A stretch of DNA of 62,904 nucleotides, filler included, from Dirinaria sp. TL-2023a (taxonomy: Eukaryota), in NCBI GenBank assembly GCA_051941275.1. It is 9 parts of 9 records of this genome, joined end to end, with 100 filler letters (N's around TTAATTAATTAA, not from the genome) between each part and the next. Parts side by side here need not be neighbours in the genome. Positions count along the whole stretch, not along the records: positions 21,078 to 27,991 come from JAVEBF010001392.1; positions 28,092 to 34,994 come from JAVEBF010001393.1; positions 35,095 to 41,978 come from JAVEBF010001394.1; 6 more parts are not named here. One strand, given 5' to 3'. The first letter of the stretch is position 1, and each line of letters starts with the position of its first letter. Position numbers and translations under genes: made by a program. A model generated the notes under the pieces. The model had not been told where the DNA came from and made no database searches. It saw only the letters and a program-made list of their open reading frames with translations. Positions 24,918 to 39,000 of the stretch are shown in pieces.

Positions 24918-27157
24918 ATGACACGGGTCAGCACTTTCTCAACCATTGTCTGCGTTGTAGGCTTTCATCATGCCAGGTCCAACTCCTTCCCCATCTCCAA
25001 GGATATTCAAATAATTGCTCTACAGAGGACCTGAGATCGAAGCTTGGTTTGGCGTGGATGATGGACAAGACCCAGCAGCAGACAATGATTGGACCTATCT
25101 TCCCTTCATGGCCTTGTCTGATGGCGCCCACGCGTAAGAGTGTGACCCTGACTCAATAAGAACCCGCTCAACTCGGTAGATCCACCGAAGATTTCTCCTA
25201 CTTCACCCTTCGACGAAACGCCACAGACTCCGAACCTGCCACGTCCGTCTTTGGAATATCGTGTACGCGACAGATGGACTCAAATGAGCTCTTGAAACGG
25301 CCCCCGGACGTTACGCGAAGTACAGTACAGAAGGCGGTTGTTGCAATCGCTGGTAGTCCTCAGTCATTTGGTCAGCTACGTGAAAAGCTGTCCGTGGTCA
25401 CAGGGGCTTGGTTTGCGCAGCGGTAATGGGACAAGAATATCGCTGGAGTAAGGTAAGCTGACGAATGTGTAGAGATTTTTCAGACGTCGATATCCTAAAG
25501 GTTGGTGAGTGACCATCGCTATGCCTCGGAGACTGGAGCCAATCGGTGTCGCAGAAATTCCAGGAGAGTTTGGTCAAGACGTCACCGGGTTCAATCGATG
25601 ACCACGAGGATTATCTTGGTAGGCGCATGCAATACATACCTTCAACTGTCAGCTCATGAGAATAGGCCTCTCCCTCAGAGAACTTATTCATGAGTTCAAG
25701 CACCAGACATTGGTACTATTCAAATGCTGTCTTTTACAGCCCAAAGTAATACTTTTCCCACCTTCCACCCACCGGATACTGAAATTGTATAGATGCTTTT
25801 CTTCGGGTCTCGATGCGAGAGGCTATGCATGATGCAATTTGCTTTGATATCTCTCATACCCGCTTTATTACGAAATTTGGAGGATTGCGCAGATCCCGAG
25901 CTTGACGGCTACGAGCGGAACCTCGTAATGCCTACGTCTTTACGAACAAGTGAACGAAAGTCTTGTATGGTGGAAACCTTCGAGGCGACGATAGTGGCTA
26001 ATTAGGACCAGTACTCGCGTATATGGGACTTCCATTACAGCTCTTCGGCAAAGGGGCACTCTTTGGCCCTTACACTCCGCTGCAGCAGCTGGATATGCTC
26101 GCGGATCATGGGACAAAGTCCTATATCGTTGGATCTACGAACTCTCTTCTTCTCCAGCAGAAAGACAGATATAGTGATATCCTCATAAATGTAAGTTAAG
26201 CCTCACATCAATAACTTTGTGGCGCTGATCCCTCAGCTCGATGATACTTCGGTCATCATAACTTCGACCTCCCTTCGTACCGCACTTAGCCTTTCGGCAG
26301 CTGATCGTCGCTGGATCGACTTTCTCTCACAAACTGTTGCTGACACGTGGGATGAGAAAAACCCGTCGCGGCCGATAAGTATGGGCTACATGGGATCAGA
26401 AGATTTCATACGACTACAATTTGAAGAATATCTTCTTGCTTTGCTCTCTTCTATCAAGTATCACGTTTATTTGACCTCATCAACACAAAGGCCACCACTC
26501 GCCACCATCGAAGGCGATCCTGTGCAAGACTTCAACATTGAATGGATTCATGTCTGGCGCCGTTCATCGTCCTTCAACCTATTTGATACCCATACCGACT
26601 CGCACCTCTTCGACATTGTGGAGCCGCGGCACCCAACTGCTGGTAATCTCTCATTTGAAGACATCCAGCGCCGCTTGACTCAACAGATTCAGACTCTTCA
26701 CCTGGATGATCGTTTCGCAACCAGTAAAGAAGCATTCAATCGCCGCTTCGCTACTGGGCAGAAAAAGGTTTCTGCAGCAGTCAACAACCTATGGGCGGAG
26801 ATTGAAGCTGTTCGCGAAGCCCAGCAACGAAAGCGGGCTGAAGCAGCCACTCGTCCTACCACTCCGCAGTCTCTTGCAGAATCAGAGAATTCTAAACCTA
26901 GAGTGGGACCGGACATGGCCGCTGCCCAAGCCAGCGTTGCAGCGGCAGGCCAAAAAGCTGGTGCGTATCTTAGCAGTTGGGGTACGTGGGCTGCAGATAA
27001 GCGGAAAGGATGGGGCAGAACGTCCAGCAGCCCAGATGTGAAGAACCCGTCCGTCTCAACCAGTAAGCTTAGCCAAAGGGGGTGGGATTCGGCTGTTAGG
27101 AGTCCAAATAAGAAAGTGGAGACGGGCGGTGACGGCATCGGGAGACTAGATGCGTAG
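24918..27157 (+). CDS. AVL9: Late secretory pathway DENN-like protein Avl9
   Basis: VCVVGFHHAR|GPEIE, LPFMALSDGAH, TRSTVQKAVV, QFALISLIP, GSEDFIRLQFEEYL; multi-exon. Confidence 0.92.
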
Positions 27158-27991
27158 AATTGTAAAGGTAATAAATGTAGGAAGTGGACTAACCTTGCTG
27201 TTTCTTCTTTGTACTGTTGACCCCACACCACTGCTCCACTTCAGAATTACTTGTCTCCTGATTGCTTGATGTCCTCTGACTAGCACTCCAACTTTTGTCT
27301 CCATCGCTCTGAGCTCTTTTGCTGGGTGGACCAAGTCGCTCTTACGCTTACTTCACCTCTTAAGAGCTCCTTATCATCTCTACAGTATTTCGTGATGACG
27401 TTGTCTGCCCCTTATACAAATTTATAATATCCGTCCCATAAACCCTAGTAGAGTATGACAGTAGTGCGGCTCCATAGACGAGAAGCTCGAAATATTGTGT
27501 GTCGAGCCCGAAACCTCATGCATTAATACCATGACCCAGTTTATGCTTTCTACGTTGGTAATTCCTTAATAGATAAGATTGCCCGTTAGTTTATTCTAGC
27601 AGATCAATCGTCGTTATCTACTCTCCGCGAAAAGAGGAGGAATAAATTTAAGATAGAGCGACTCGGGAAATTAACTCACGAATTCATCTAATCGACCTCG
27701 AAGACGAAGGATCTTATCTCTGAAATACGCTCAATTCAACTTTTTTGCCGTCGTCGAATGATTTGCCTGAGAGACCCTTTGCCGAAGGAAACCAAACAAA
27801 CAAATATTGGGTCCTCTTGCAATAGTGTCAGATGGGACCACAGTCGGACTCAGATCTCTCTAAGTTTTGGACGATTGATGAGTTGAAAAAAGATCGCTCG
27901 TCGTCACATGCAAAAGTTTAGAGAAAACCTGCTTGATTCAACGAGAACGAGTGACTCTTGAGTTGGGTGAGTTTACTTCATCGATGCAAGT

Positions 27992-28091
27992 NNNNNNNNN
28001 NNNNNNNNNNNNNNNNNNNNNNNNNNNNNNNNNNNTTAATTAATTAANNNNNNNNNNNNNNNNNNNNNNNNNNNNNNNNNNNNNNNNNNNN
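27992..28091. other. Artificial contig spacer
   Basis: N44-TTAATTAATTAA-N44. Confidence 0.97.
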
Positions 28092-28873
28092 CTATATAAT
28101 ATATACAAAAAGTCCAGCCTTGGATTTATTTTTTCTCCTGTACGAGTACGAGTACCCAGTCCTACTCCTATTTTCCTACAGCCACGAGTCTTCGTTCTCA
28201 TAATCCCTCATGATAAATTTCTTTCATTAAAAACGCGATGAGGATATAAAATAAGATAAGATAAGGGAGCCTTTGGGTTTTGCATTTAGATCTATTTCTA
28301 TGCCTCAGTTTAGGGGGTTGGAAGGAGGTACGGTAGGGTTGGTTACTCATGACTGATGACATGATTGATATGGCTGGTGAACACGTGCTTGGAATGGGTT
28401 TGTTTTCTACTATTGTAAATAAGGTTAGGCAAGGAATGATATGTAGAGGTGATAGGGGAAGTATGAATGGATTCAGAAAGACAGAGGGGACGAGAGAGAG
28501 GGGAGGGAAGATGTTGAAATGAGGAAGGCCAAAAAATTTTTTTTTTGTTTCTTTTCTGCTCGTCACTTCTGACCTTTAATTGGTAGGAAAAGAAAGAAAG
28601 AAGGGGAGAGGGAAAGAGGTAATCTTCTTTTGATCTCATTTGATTCATTCATGATCATTACTTCTCGTTATGAATATATGCCTTCGTGTCATATACGGCC
28701 GTCTGGAGCAAATGCAATGCAATGCCGTTCCGGCTCTGCAAAACGCATTTTGCCGTTTCCAAAAAAAAAAAAAAAAAAAAAAAAAAAACACAAAGCAGGC
28801 TGGCTCTCTGGAGCACTTCTTTGCGTGCTTGCGCTGAATGAAGGAAAAGGAGAAAAGTAAAAGCAGATTGTCT

Positions 28874-31203
28874 TTAATCATCGTCTTCATCTTCTTCGTC
28901 CTCATCCTTTTCTTCTTCTTCTTCATCCTTTTCCTTCTCCTTCCCCTCCATTTGAAGCTTCGATTTCTCCTTAATCGCAAGCACCCGCTCTACATGCTCG
29001 ACTTTCAATATACTGCCCCGACTCTGGGCCAGCATCAGCGCCATCTTCAACGCGCTCTTGATCTCCCTCGCACTCAGCTCCTTCTCCGCCAACCGATCAA
29101 GATCTTCGCGTCTGAAATGGCGCTGTTTGAGCGGCAAAGCGCCGTTGATTGCGTCCTTCCAGACTTGGCGCCTGGACGAGACATCGAGGGCAGGGACTTG
29201 GATCAGCAGGTCGAACTGCGCCGCGAGGAGGGGCTCGAATTTATCGGTGAGGGTCGTGGCGGTGAAGAAGATCAGTCCCGGGTGGGTGGAGAAGTGGTGG
29301 CGGAAGGTGGAGGCCGTGTCAGCTTTTCCGTATTTGTTCAGGGCTTTCTCCATTAGGAGATCGATGTTCGTGACTAGCAAGATGGCGCCCCATTCCCGGC
29401 AGTGGTGCAGTACCTTCACCATATTGTCCTCGAAACTATCCCAGTCGCTGATCATCTCGGCCATGTCGACGGGGTAGAGCGGGGCGTGCAGTTTCTCGGC
29501 TATGGCCTCGACTAGGGATACTTTCCCCATCCCGGATGGGCCTGCAAGGCAAATGGTCGTACCTTTAGCCCGCTTTTCTGGGACAGTGGCTGGGGAAGTG
29601 GTGCTGGGCAAGTAGGCTTCGGCAACAGCGAGAAGCAGATCTTTCTCGTCTGCAGGGAAGATGATGTCATCGTAAGCATCCTCGTTCCACACAACGTCGT
29701 TGATCTCGTCCACGTCGACGACGGCTTCAAGTAAGTTAGCACGCACAACTTCGCGCTTCACAAACCCAGGTTGGGCACTCACTCCATTTCTTGGCTTTCA
29801 AGTCGAAGGCGGCAACATCGGGGACTGTGATCAGCAGTTGATCCTCTGTCAAGGTTTGATGAGCGCGGTCATTCAGGAACTTCTTGACTTCTGTAGACTT
29901 TGACCATTCATCCCTCGCTTTTCGGAGGTCGGTGACGTAGCGGCGCTCTCTTTGACGTTTCAGACTTCCTGGGCTGGAAACTCGGCCGCCATTCGGGTAG
30001 CAATCGAAGAAGTTCTCTTTGACCAATGGGTCGAGACCCTTTGCCATTTGTGGGCAACCCACAGCTGTGGGATTGATCATGAGGCGGTCACCAACTTGCA
30101 GCTGCCAGGGTGTTAACGATACGCCATTTACTCAGGGAAAGGTTACTTGCGGGTTCTTCCTTCAGCTTGCGTTGGTAGGTAGGTTCTCCCACAGGACCAG
30201 TAAATGTCTTCACTTCACATTTAGTCAGACTGGCAAATTTCCGCGCACGTTTGAGCACTCTAGCTTTGATCCCCTCGCGATCTGGATGCATCTCGAGAGG
30301 CATGGCTGGTAAGTCGGACAAACTCATCGCTCCTCCTTCGTCACCGAAGTTGCCGGTAGACGTTCCTGTACCAAAGCGGGCACCGTCCCAGCACACAGCA
30401 TCGCTAACAACCCTGAAGATATCGTCACCTTTGCTACAGTCATAATAAGTGGATTGGATCTTTTCGATCACTTCTCGGCCAAGGTAGTCTTTGCGATAGA
30501 TGAACTGGCCAGGCCTGAAGATTGTCCACAAGCTCGAATAGGTAATATTGCCGTGTAACTTGCATTCTTCGAATTTTTTCAGCGGCTTCTCCACGACTGG
30601 TCGGATGGCATCTTGCAAGACCTGGAGATGCCCCCGCGTCTCTGCATCAGAGTGGCTTTCGGCAAGATTATCGAGAATTTCCCAATTGTGCACCAGAGAT
30701 TCGAATGGCGCATTGAGCATGATGCCAAAGAGGCTTTCGGCGGTGGAATAGCCAGGGTAGTCCTTGAGAGCCTCGATCAAGGCTGCTTTGATGAGAGGGC
30801 TACGAATGCGGATCCGTTCGGTTTCGGAGCCGCCTTTTGCCGTGGTACATCGTTTCTTCATGACGACGACGGCGAATTGGTCAAGCCAGTCCTCATTCGG
30901 GTGAAGCACTTCCCCTTCGCCTCCATCGGGGGTTTCGACAGTCGTAGCATATCCGTGAAGGCCATTTCGGTGACGGTACTGCGTTGCTGATTCGCAGCGC
31001 ATTCCCTCTGTAATGCCCTCGAGGCGCACGGGCGGAGTCACCGTGCGCGGAGGCGGCTGGCAAGGCTCTGCGCTGATTTTTTCGTCTCTGGAGCCATTGC
31101 TGCTTGTGAAACTGCGGATTGACAGATTGTCGTCGTGGTCATCGACATGGCCAATGAATCCGTTGCTAGTATTCTTGCCGATGGGCATACGGAGTGCTGC
31201 CAT
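28874..31203 (-). CDS. Fungal AAA+ ATPase family protein with degenerate Walker B
   Basis: N-domain IRIRSP..APF..LVH.W, ITYSSLWTIFRPG, WDGARFG. AAA module with GPSGMGKV, AIAEKL..PLY and LSAREIK. GC-AG intron 30150-30102 and a GT-AG intron at ~29783-29728; acidic tail. Confidence 0.85.
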
Positions 31204-32034
31204 ACTGCTGGTGGGGGAGTTGGTCAATACTTCGTTTCTTGCAAGGCTGAGAACCTGTGGTGGGGGAAGAGGAGGTGGGCAGAAGAGCCCAGTTTTGGGG
31301 TCTTGGGGAGAACTTTATGTCTTCTCATAGCGCTTCGTATGAAGCAGCTTATTGGAGATAAGCAGCTGCATCGTGAACGAGGCATCTCCAGGCAGCACTG
31401 CCCCGCTAACTGCTGCATCTCAGCCGGCATTGGCTGTCAGCCTTGCCAGATCAACGTGAGCCATCCAATCACCGAGTTTCCCTTGGATCCTCTGCGCTAT
31501 GATCATGGTCTGAGCCTGTAGGAGTACAGTACTGTAGAATGTTCGACATGATTCGAGGGTTCTACTGTAGAGGCTGAAGCATGTCGATACCTAAGTAAAC
31601 GCCAAGCACCCGCCAAGTTTGTTCCCATAGCCCGAACCCTGAACCCTGGCTCACCTGGACCGAGGCCCCTTCGGCCCGTTGTTGTACCTTACTTACGCCA
31701 AACCTACAGAAACATAAAATCTTATCCCATGTAGGTAAGACCTTACATTATTACTTGGTGGTAGATGATAGAATCATAGATAGTCTAACCCCACTCGTCC
31801 CTTGCTCTCCCCCCCGCACGCGCCACGGAGGCGAAAGATGACTGTTCCCTTCACTAACACGAATCGATTGCTCCCGTCCGATCTTGCTTTTGCGGCCACA
31901 TTCTGATTATCTGATAGTCTTTACCAAAGCGTGATTGATCATTCACGCGTCATTGATTGGCCCTGAGCTCAACGCTAGAGGCCAGGCCAGACCACTGGAG
32001 CTTTTGTCCGGTGCCGGCGAAAGGGAAGCAAACC

Positions 32035-33861
32035 ATGTCTCCCCTCGATGCGTCATTTATTCTCTGCACTGCCAAGACACTTGCCTGGCAATCTCGAAGA
32101 AGCTGCACCGCTACTTGGGAAAAGCTTCAGAGGAGGCGAGAAAATCTGAAAGGCCGTGAGTCCCCAAGCCCCTAGCTTTACGCATATCAGCTTTGCATTG
32201 TTAGTATTCCCCTTTTGAGCCATGTCACGATAGACGGTTTCCTTTTTGTGTGAGCTGTATCATATCCAACTGATGCCCCATAGTCCGTTCGAACCGTGTT
32301 CCCAGAACACACTCTTCTCGAAGCATGGCTACAACGACCCACCTCCGAAGCCTCAACATCAACAACATCAACCCTCATGTGCGCGAAGCCAAATACGCCG
32401 TACGTGGGGAACTTGCCGTACGCTCGGAAGAGTACAGAGCCAAGCTGAAGAAAGGTCACCCGCCAACCCCTCCTGACGAGTCCCTTCCATTCGACAAAGT
32501 CGTCAGTGCCAACATTGGCAACCCCCAGCAGCTCGACCAGAAACCTATCACCTTCTTTCGCCAAGTTCTAAGCCTGCTCGAACACCCTCCTCTACTGGAC
32601 AATGAAGAAGCTCTGATAAAGTACTTCGGCTACAAGCAGGATGTAATCGATAGAGCGAGGTGGCTGTTGAAAGAGGTGCACACTGTAGGAGCATATAGTC
32701 AGAGTCAGGGTGCACCGGGCATCAGAGAGAGCGTGGCCAAGTTCATCGAGAGAAGAGATGGATATACTTCGGACCCTGGTTCAATATTTTTGAGCGCTGG
32801 TGCTTCGTCCGGGGTCAATACCCTTATGAACGTTATCTGCTCAAAGCCTGAAACGGGGGTCTTGGTGCCCATCCCCCAGTACCCACTGTACACTGCCACG
32901 CTTGCGGTGCTGAATGCGAGATGTGTGCCTTACTACTTGGAGGAGAGCAAACAATGGGGAACGAACCTCGCTACAATAAAGGATTCGTACAAAAAAGCCA
33001 AATCTGAGGGCACAGATGTCCGAGCAATCGTGGTCATCAACCCTGGTAACCCTACAGGTGCAGTCCTGTCGCCGGAGGACATCCGAAATGTTCTTGACTT
33101 CGCAGCGGAGGAGAAGTTGGTCGTTCTAGCAGATGAAGTCTACCAAACCAACATCTTCATGGGGAAATTCACATCCTTCAAAAAGGGTCTCCGGGACCTC
33201 CAGAAAGAAGTTCCGGGGAAATTTGATAACGTAGAGCTGGCATCTCTCAACAGCATATCCAAGGGCATGGTAGGCGAATGCGGTCATAGAGGTGGCTACT
33301 TCGAGCTCGTAGGGTTTGACCCAGAGGTCGCCGCACAAATTTACAAATTTGTCAGTATCATGCTTTGCCCACCAGTCATTGGACAATGCTTGGTCGAGAT
33401 GGTGGTGAACCCGCCCAAACAAGGTGATCCAAGTTTCCCGCTTTACCAGCAGGAATACGATGGCATAAAGAATGATCTAAGGACGAGGGCAACGGCATTG
33501 TATGAAGCCTTCCAGCAAATGGAAGGAGTAGAGTGTCAAGATCCACAAGTCAGTTCTTTCCCCTCCGTCCAATATCGGGGTCTCAGGAATGCTCACGAAG
33601 TCATAGGGATCTATGTACCTCTTCCCAACCATTACCATCCCGCCTAAAGCTCAAGAGCAAGCCAAGAAAGAGGGCAGGCAGCCCGATGAGTTCTACTGCT
33701 TTCGATTACTAGATGCCACGGGCATCTGCGTTGTGGCGGGTTCTGGGTTTGGACAGAAAGAAGGCACGCTGCATTTCCGAACCACTTTCTTGGCTCCCGG
33801 TACCGAGTGGGTAGGCAAGATCACTGACTTCCACCAGAACTTTATGGATGAGTTCAGGTAG
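32035..33861 (+). CDS. ALT1: Alanine aminotransferase
   Basis: AKYAVRGEL, ANIGNPQ, GAYSQSQG, INPGNPTG, ADEVYQ, SISKG..GECGHRGGY (PLP lysine). Intron 33549-33606; upstream exon 32035-32155 splices in frame ahead of Met 32325. Confidence 0.95.
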
Positions 33862-34371
33862 GTGGGTAAAAATTACTGTAGATATATCTATGATCTCCGA
33901 GCTGGCAGAGAATGAATCATTCTATCTCCTTGCGACTAACTAGTTCCCCTACTTGCTCTTTTCTCCTTAGCCTACCTTATCCTACTCTTTTCCCCCACCT
34001 CAAATCGTTGACTTGTGTTTGATGCTCGTAATGTCTACTTCTTCTCATCTCTTTGCCTTTTGTGTATGTTTTCGCTCGGCACAGCCTTTCTGTGCACAAT
34101 GGTGCTTACTCGTAACCGGAGTGCTCCATTACAGTCTGTAAGTTACTTTTCCTCCCTAACCCTCTTACTAACTCGATATTCGATCTAGGCCTTCTGTGGA
34201 TGGATAGAAGGGAATCTTATCCGTTCAGACGGCTTCAAACCCGAGATTGATAGTGTGCAACAGGTAATAAGAATATCCACGAAGAAGCCCCCACTTGCCG
34301 CCTGCCCCCCCCAACACCTTCCTCAGGGGCCTCCTTCATTCCGAAGACACAAATCCGGCGCCTTGAAGCTA

Positions 34372-34994
34372 CTACGACCCCGCCGCCCCCATCCCTCCCA
34401 ACGCACCCCAAATAATCATAGTAGTGTCACTGCTCCTCTTCCTCTCTATCTCCACCACCGCCAACAGGCTAACAACCACCTCATCCAACAACCCCTGTGG
34501 GAAATCCCGACTCGCGACCACGATCGTCCCCCGCTTACTCACACGACCCCAAAAACTCCAGCTCTCGAATCTCGCAACCCATCCTCTTTTCCCTTCCGTC
34601 GCCACACATACCAGCTCCGCCCTCGCGACAAATTCCCATTTCAGAATCCCGAGATACGAAGACTGGAACCGGTAGCCGAAGAATCGGGACCAGGTCAGGG
34701 CGTGTGGCTTGTCGCGGAGAATGATCGTCGCTTGCCGGGTCATGGAGTGGAAATCAATTGTTCCAAGCGGGGTTTCTGGAGAAGAAGAAGGGGAAAATAT
34801 CTCCACCATCGCATGCCGCGATAAACCCGTGTGCCAGGAGACGGTGTACCAGGGCGTGGGGATGCTGTTGGTGTCGGTGATCATTAGGCCGCGGCTCGTG
34901 AGAATAGGCTTGGAGATGAGCAAGGTGTGGGGGATCCGGGCGCGGGTTGTTGAAGATGGATGGGGCTGCGGGCGGGTGCTGGTTACGGGAGGAG
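34372..34994 (-). CDS. Hypothetical fungal protein, possibly tubby-C/LURP-one-like fold (5'-truncated)
   Basis: Frame is open to the contig edge. Beta-rich pattern (LGTIDFH, YRFQS..G.LKW, VARFE..G.I) ends in helix LLDEVVVSLLAVVEIERKR with a Gly-rich tail. Confidence 0.6.
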
Positions 34995-35094
34995 NNNNNN
35001 NNNNNNNNNNNNNNNNNNNNNNNNNNNNNNNNNNNNNNTTAATTAATTAANNNNNNNNNNNNNNNNNNNNNNNNNNNNNNNNNNNNNNNNNNNN
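34995..35094. other. Artificial contig spacer
   Basis: N44-TTAATTAATTAA-N44. Confidence 0.97.
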
Positions 35095-36069
35095 GTGCTT
35101 GGCCCACCCAGCCCCAGAAAAAGAGAGAAGAGAAAAAGAGAGAGAGGGAGAGAGTGTGAGAAGTGAGAGTGTAAAGCCCTTCTGTTCCATACCGCTGTTA
35201 CGGACAACCGGTTGTACCCCGCCCTTACGTGTCTAATTTGAACGGTCAGAAAGAAAAAAAAAAGCCTGTTGTTGTGTGGAGGAGATCGGGTTCGCGTTCA
35301 ATAATAATACTAAGGTAATGTAGATTGTGATTGTTCGTTGCTTCTTGCATCGCTTCTGCCCAGCGCGTCTTGCTGCTTGCTTTGTTGCTCACTCACTACT
35401 TCGCCCCGGACTACACACTCCCTGATTCGCGATCGTGGATCACTTTACCCCAACCCCTCAAGCCCAACCCAACCGACTCCCCCCTCGACCCTCACTGGCT
35501 TGTTGTGTCGAACCACCTTATTTGCGGCCTTCCAAGGCGCACTCTGGAGAAAACCAAAAAATAAATCTGGATGCCTCTTGCCGACGCCTTTGCCAGGCAT
35601 CCTGGTGTGCTAATTTGACTGGTCATGGCAGGCTCCCTACTCAAGTGGCGTTGGCCTCGCTGGAAGCGCATCGTCCCTCCTACTAGACCCTTCATCTGCC
35701 GAGGAGTCCAAACGCTCTGACACGAGGCCATTATTATTATCGCCCCAGCCTACCGGAACCTTGCGATCTCAGGTGAGCATTCCTCTATGCGTCTCTGGGC
35801 CTGACTACTACCCATTACCCATTCGTCATCATCTTCTGGTCGCCGCTGGCTGCTATTGCACCCGCTTTGGCCTCAGCTTCAAGCTCTCGCCGCTACCGCG
35901 CACCGCGCGTCAAGCTCCCCCTATACACACACACACATACACACACTCTGCCTCTCCTTGACACTGTCCTACCTGGGCTTGGACGCGCTTGCGCACCGCT
36001 GTGTGACGTGCTAGATCATGATGCTGACAAGCGCGCTTTCCAGATGGGTCGCTGCAAAGTCGGATCGAC

Positions 36070-39000
36070 ATGAGTATGCCAGGCTGGCTCAACGACGCTA
36101 ATCCACTCCCAAACGGTGACAATGGAGCCTTCAACCAGTCCGCCGATCCCATGTCTTTCATGCAACCCAATTCGAACTCCTTCGACTACACTCGGCTGCA
36201 GCAGCAGGACCTGCCGCAACACCTGCAGAATGGCAGCGTCCGCAATGGCTCCCCAGCGTTCCAAAACCCTCAGTATCAGACGCAACCTCTTGTCCCTTCG
36301 AAGCGGCCCCGACCACGAGAAGAAAATGTCGCAGCGTCGCCGAGGCAAGCTCCGGGGGCGATATCAGGTCCAAGGTCACAAACACCTCAGCAAGGATCCT
36401 ATGCGGGGCTTCAAGGTGCCGCCAATGGAGCGCAATTCCCGGGAATGACTTCCTATCAGCAGTATCCGAACGCCAACAGCACCGCAAACCAGTCGCCCGT
36501 CATGCAAAATCAAATTTTCGACCAACAAATGGCCACCCAACGCATGCAGAACATGTCCCCCGCCGCGTTCTCTCCCCCTCCGCAGGGTTTTCCGCAGCAA
36601 GCATCACCCGTATCCTCAGAGCATGGAAGTCGAAACAATACGCCGCACAATGGAGGCCAGAATTATGGACCGGGCATGCAATACGGAGTGAATCCAAGCC
36701 AGCCTTTCACGCCGCCAACAGGGGCAAATCAAATGGCTCCTCCAGGACAATTCAACCAAGGCCCTTCCAATGTTCAGCAACAGCAGCAGCAGCAGCAGCG
36801 AATGAGTCAATTAAGACATCAACAGCTCATGCGTCAACTCCATCAGAACAATCCTCTGCAGAACAGACAGCAGGGAAGCCAACCCAATCCATCCATGGCC
36901 AACCCTGGCCAGATGGTTGACTATCAGATGGCATCGCGAGCGCAGCACGTGCAAGCACAGCAAGCACAGCAAGCAATGATGATGAGACCAGGCAATAATT
37001 TGGAGCAACTGGTCCGAAATATTGCCCAATTCATGCAACAGCGCGGTCAACCCTTCAACCCACATCCAACGGTAGCTGGGCGGCCGATCAACCTCTTGCA
37101 GCTGTTCACCATAGTCGTAAGGATGGGGGGCTCCAAAAAGGTGGCCGCGACGCAACAATGGCCAATGGTAGCTCAACATCTGGGCATACCCAATCAGCAG
37201 TATATGTCAGCATCACAGGAGCTTCAGTATTTCTGGCAACACAATCTTGCTCTCTACGAAGTGTACTACTCGCAGCAGCAGCGACAGCGTCATATGGATC
37301 AGCAGGTACGAGCGGCTGCGCAAGGGGGAGATCCGGCCACAACTCAGGGCCCATGGTCTCCATTGCAGCAAGCCATGTCCCAGTCCCCAGACCCTCAAAC
37401 CCAGCGTTCGATGCAAGCTCAAGCACCCGCTCAGATTGACCGTCCACCAAGGCATGTGCCTGGCCAGAACCATGATCCCGGTCAAGGCCATCAAAATGGG
37501 TTTCCACCCCCACAACAAGGGGGCCGAAACCGAGCGCCAAGTGTATACAGTTATCCTCAAGTGGGATCGGCTCTTCCGCCGCAAAGCGCGGCCCTGCAAG
37601 GACAGCGGCGAGCACAGTCCCAACAGTCCGGAGTGTCTAATGTCAAAGACGAACGGCCTCTGACCCCACAAAACTTGACTATCAAGCCTAAAGGGAACGA
37701 GCCAGACGCGCCTCGACAGGATCTAGAAAAGATCAAAGACCCTTTCAGCCCCAGAATCGACCGTTACATGGTGGGATCGGAATCTGAAACCCACGGGGGC
37801 TTGCAAGTCAACTGGTGGAAGCCCGAACGAAAGGCTGGTCAGCCTGAAATGGGCGACAAGGCCCTGGAGGACTTGATCATGGCAAGACCCTGGGCGCCCA
37901 AGGTCAGCGAGCTCGGATTAATTGACATTCGAACGCTCATCTTATCTCTCCGCTGTGGATTGCATGCAGAAGTTCGCCTTGCCCTGGACACACTGGCTAC
38001 GATATCTATCTCACGGGAGACGATGGCGCTTTCCCTGGACAAATGCGAAGATCTCGTCGAGGCCTTGATCGAATGCGCCGAAGAGCAGCTCGACGTGCTT
38101 GCGGAACATGCCACGGAAGTATCGGACGAAATGCTGATCAATTCCTACGAAGAGACAGTTCGAGGATGCGAAACCGAGAATTTGTCACTGCAAGATGTAC
38201 CAGATTTCGAGACCGAGGAATACGAGCTTGGACGCTCTGTCGACAGGCTAATCTGTGTCACGACCATACTGCGGAATTTCTCCGACATCCCAGAGACCCA
38301 GAAGCGGCTAGCAAACCCTGCCCTCGTCAGGTTCTTGACGACTGTGATTCGATATCTCGGAACCCGGAATATGCTGCTCCGGTCTCACCGTAACACTCTC
38401 GATTTCAGCAAAGATGCCGTAATCATCTTGAGCAACCTATCCCAGGAGCTTGATTTGCCAGGAAAAGAAGAAGCTTTGTCGATACTTCATTTTTTGCTGT
38501 CTTTTGCGCCTGCGCCGGCGCCCACGAATGCGGAAGGAAGGGATTTGGTATTTCCTTCCTACGAGCCGCTCAGCAACCGCTATTATCCCTGTGCTGTGGA
38601 GTCTCTGGCCAAACTCTTGGCTAGAGATGACCCGAATCGGACGTTTTACAGATCGATTTTTGTTCTTGACAGTACCTCTAGTCCACCCTACGATATACTT
38701 ACCCGCACTTTTGGCCTTGCAATAGCAGGGCTCCCTAAAAATAATGATCCCAGGTTTCGCTCGTTGAGCGTGAGCGCAGTGCGGGTCCCCATCATGGCAT
38801 TGGGTCTCTTGGCAGCCGAGATCATTGCAGGATTGATACCGAACTCGGAGCACAGACTAGCTCGAGTGTGGCTGACTTCGCAGGACGGTTTCGCTGCAAG
38901 TCTCGTGGATCTTTGTTTCATATACAGCACATTACGAACTCAACAGGCCCAGCAACATCCGAGAACACCACACGATCAGGATACTCACGGACATGGCTTG

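Noticed and set aside
27300..27991. AT-richer gene-free contig end as a transposon relic
   Set aside because: No terminal repeats or transposase/RT motifs visible.
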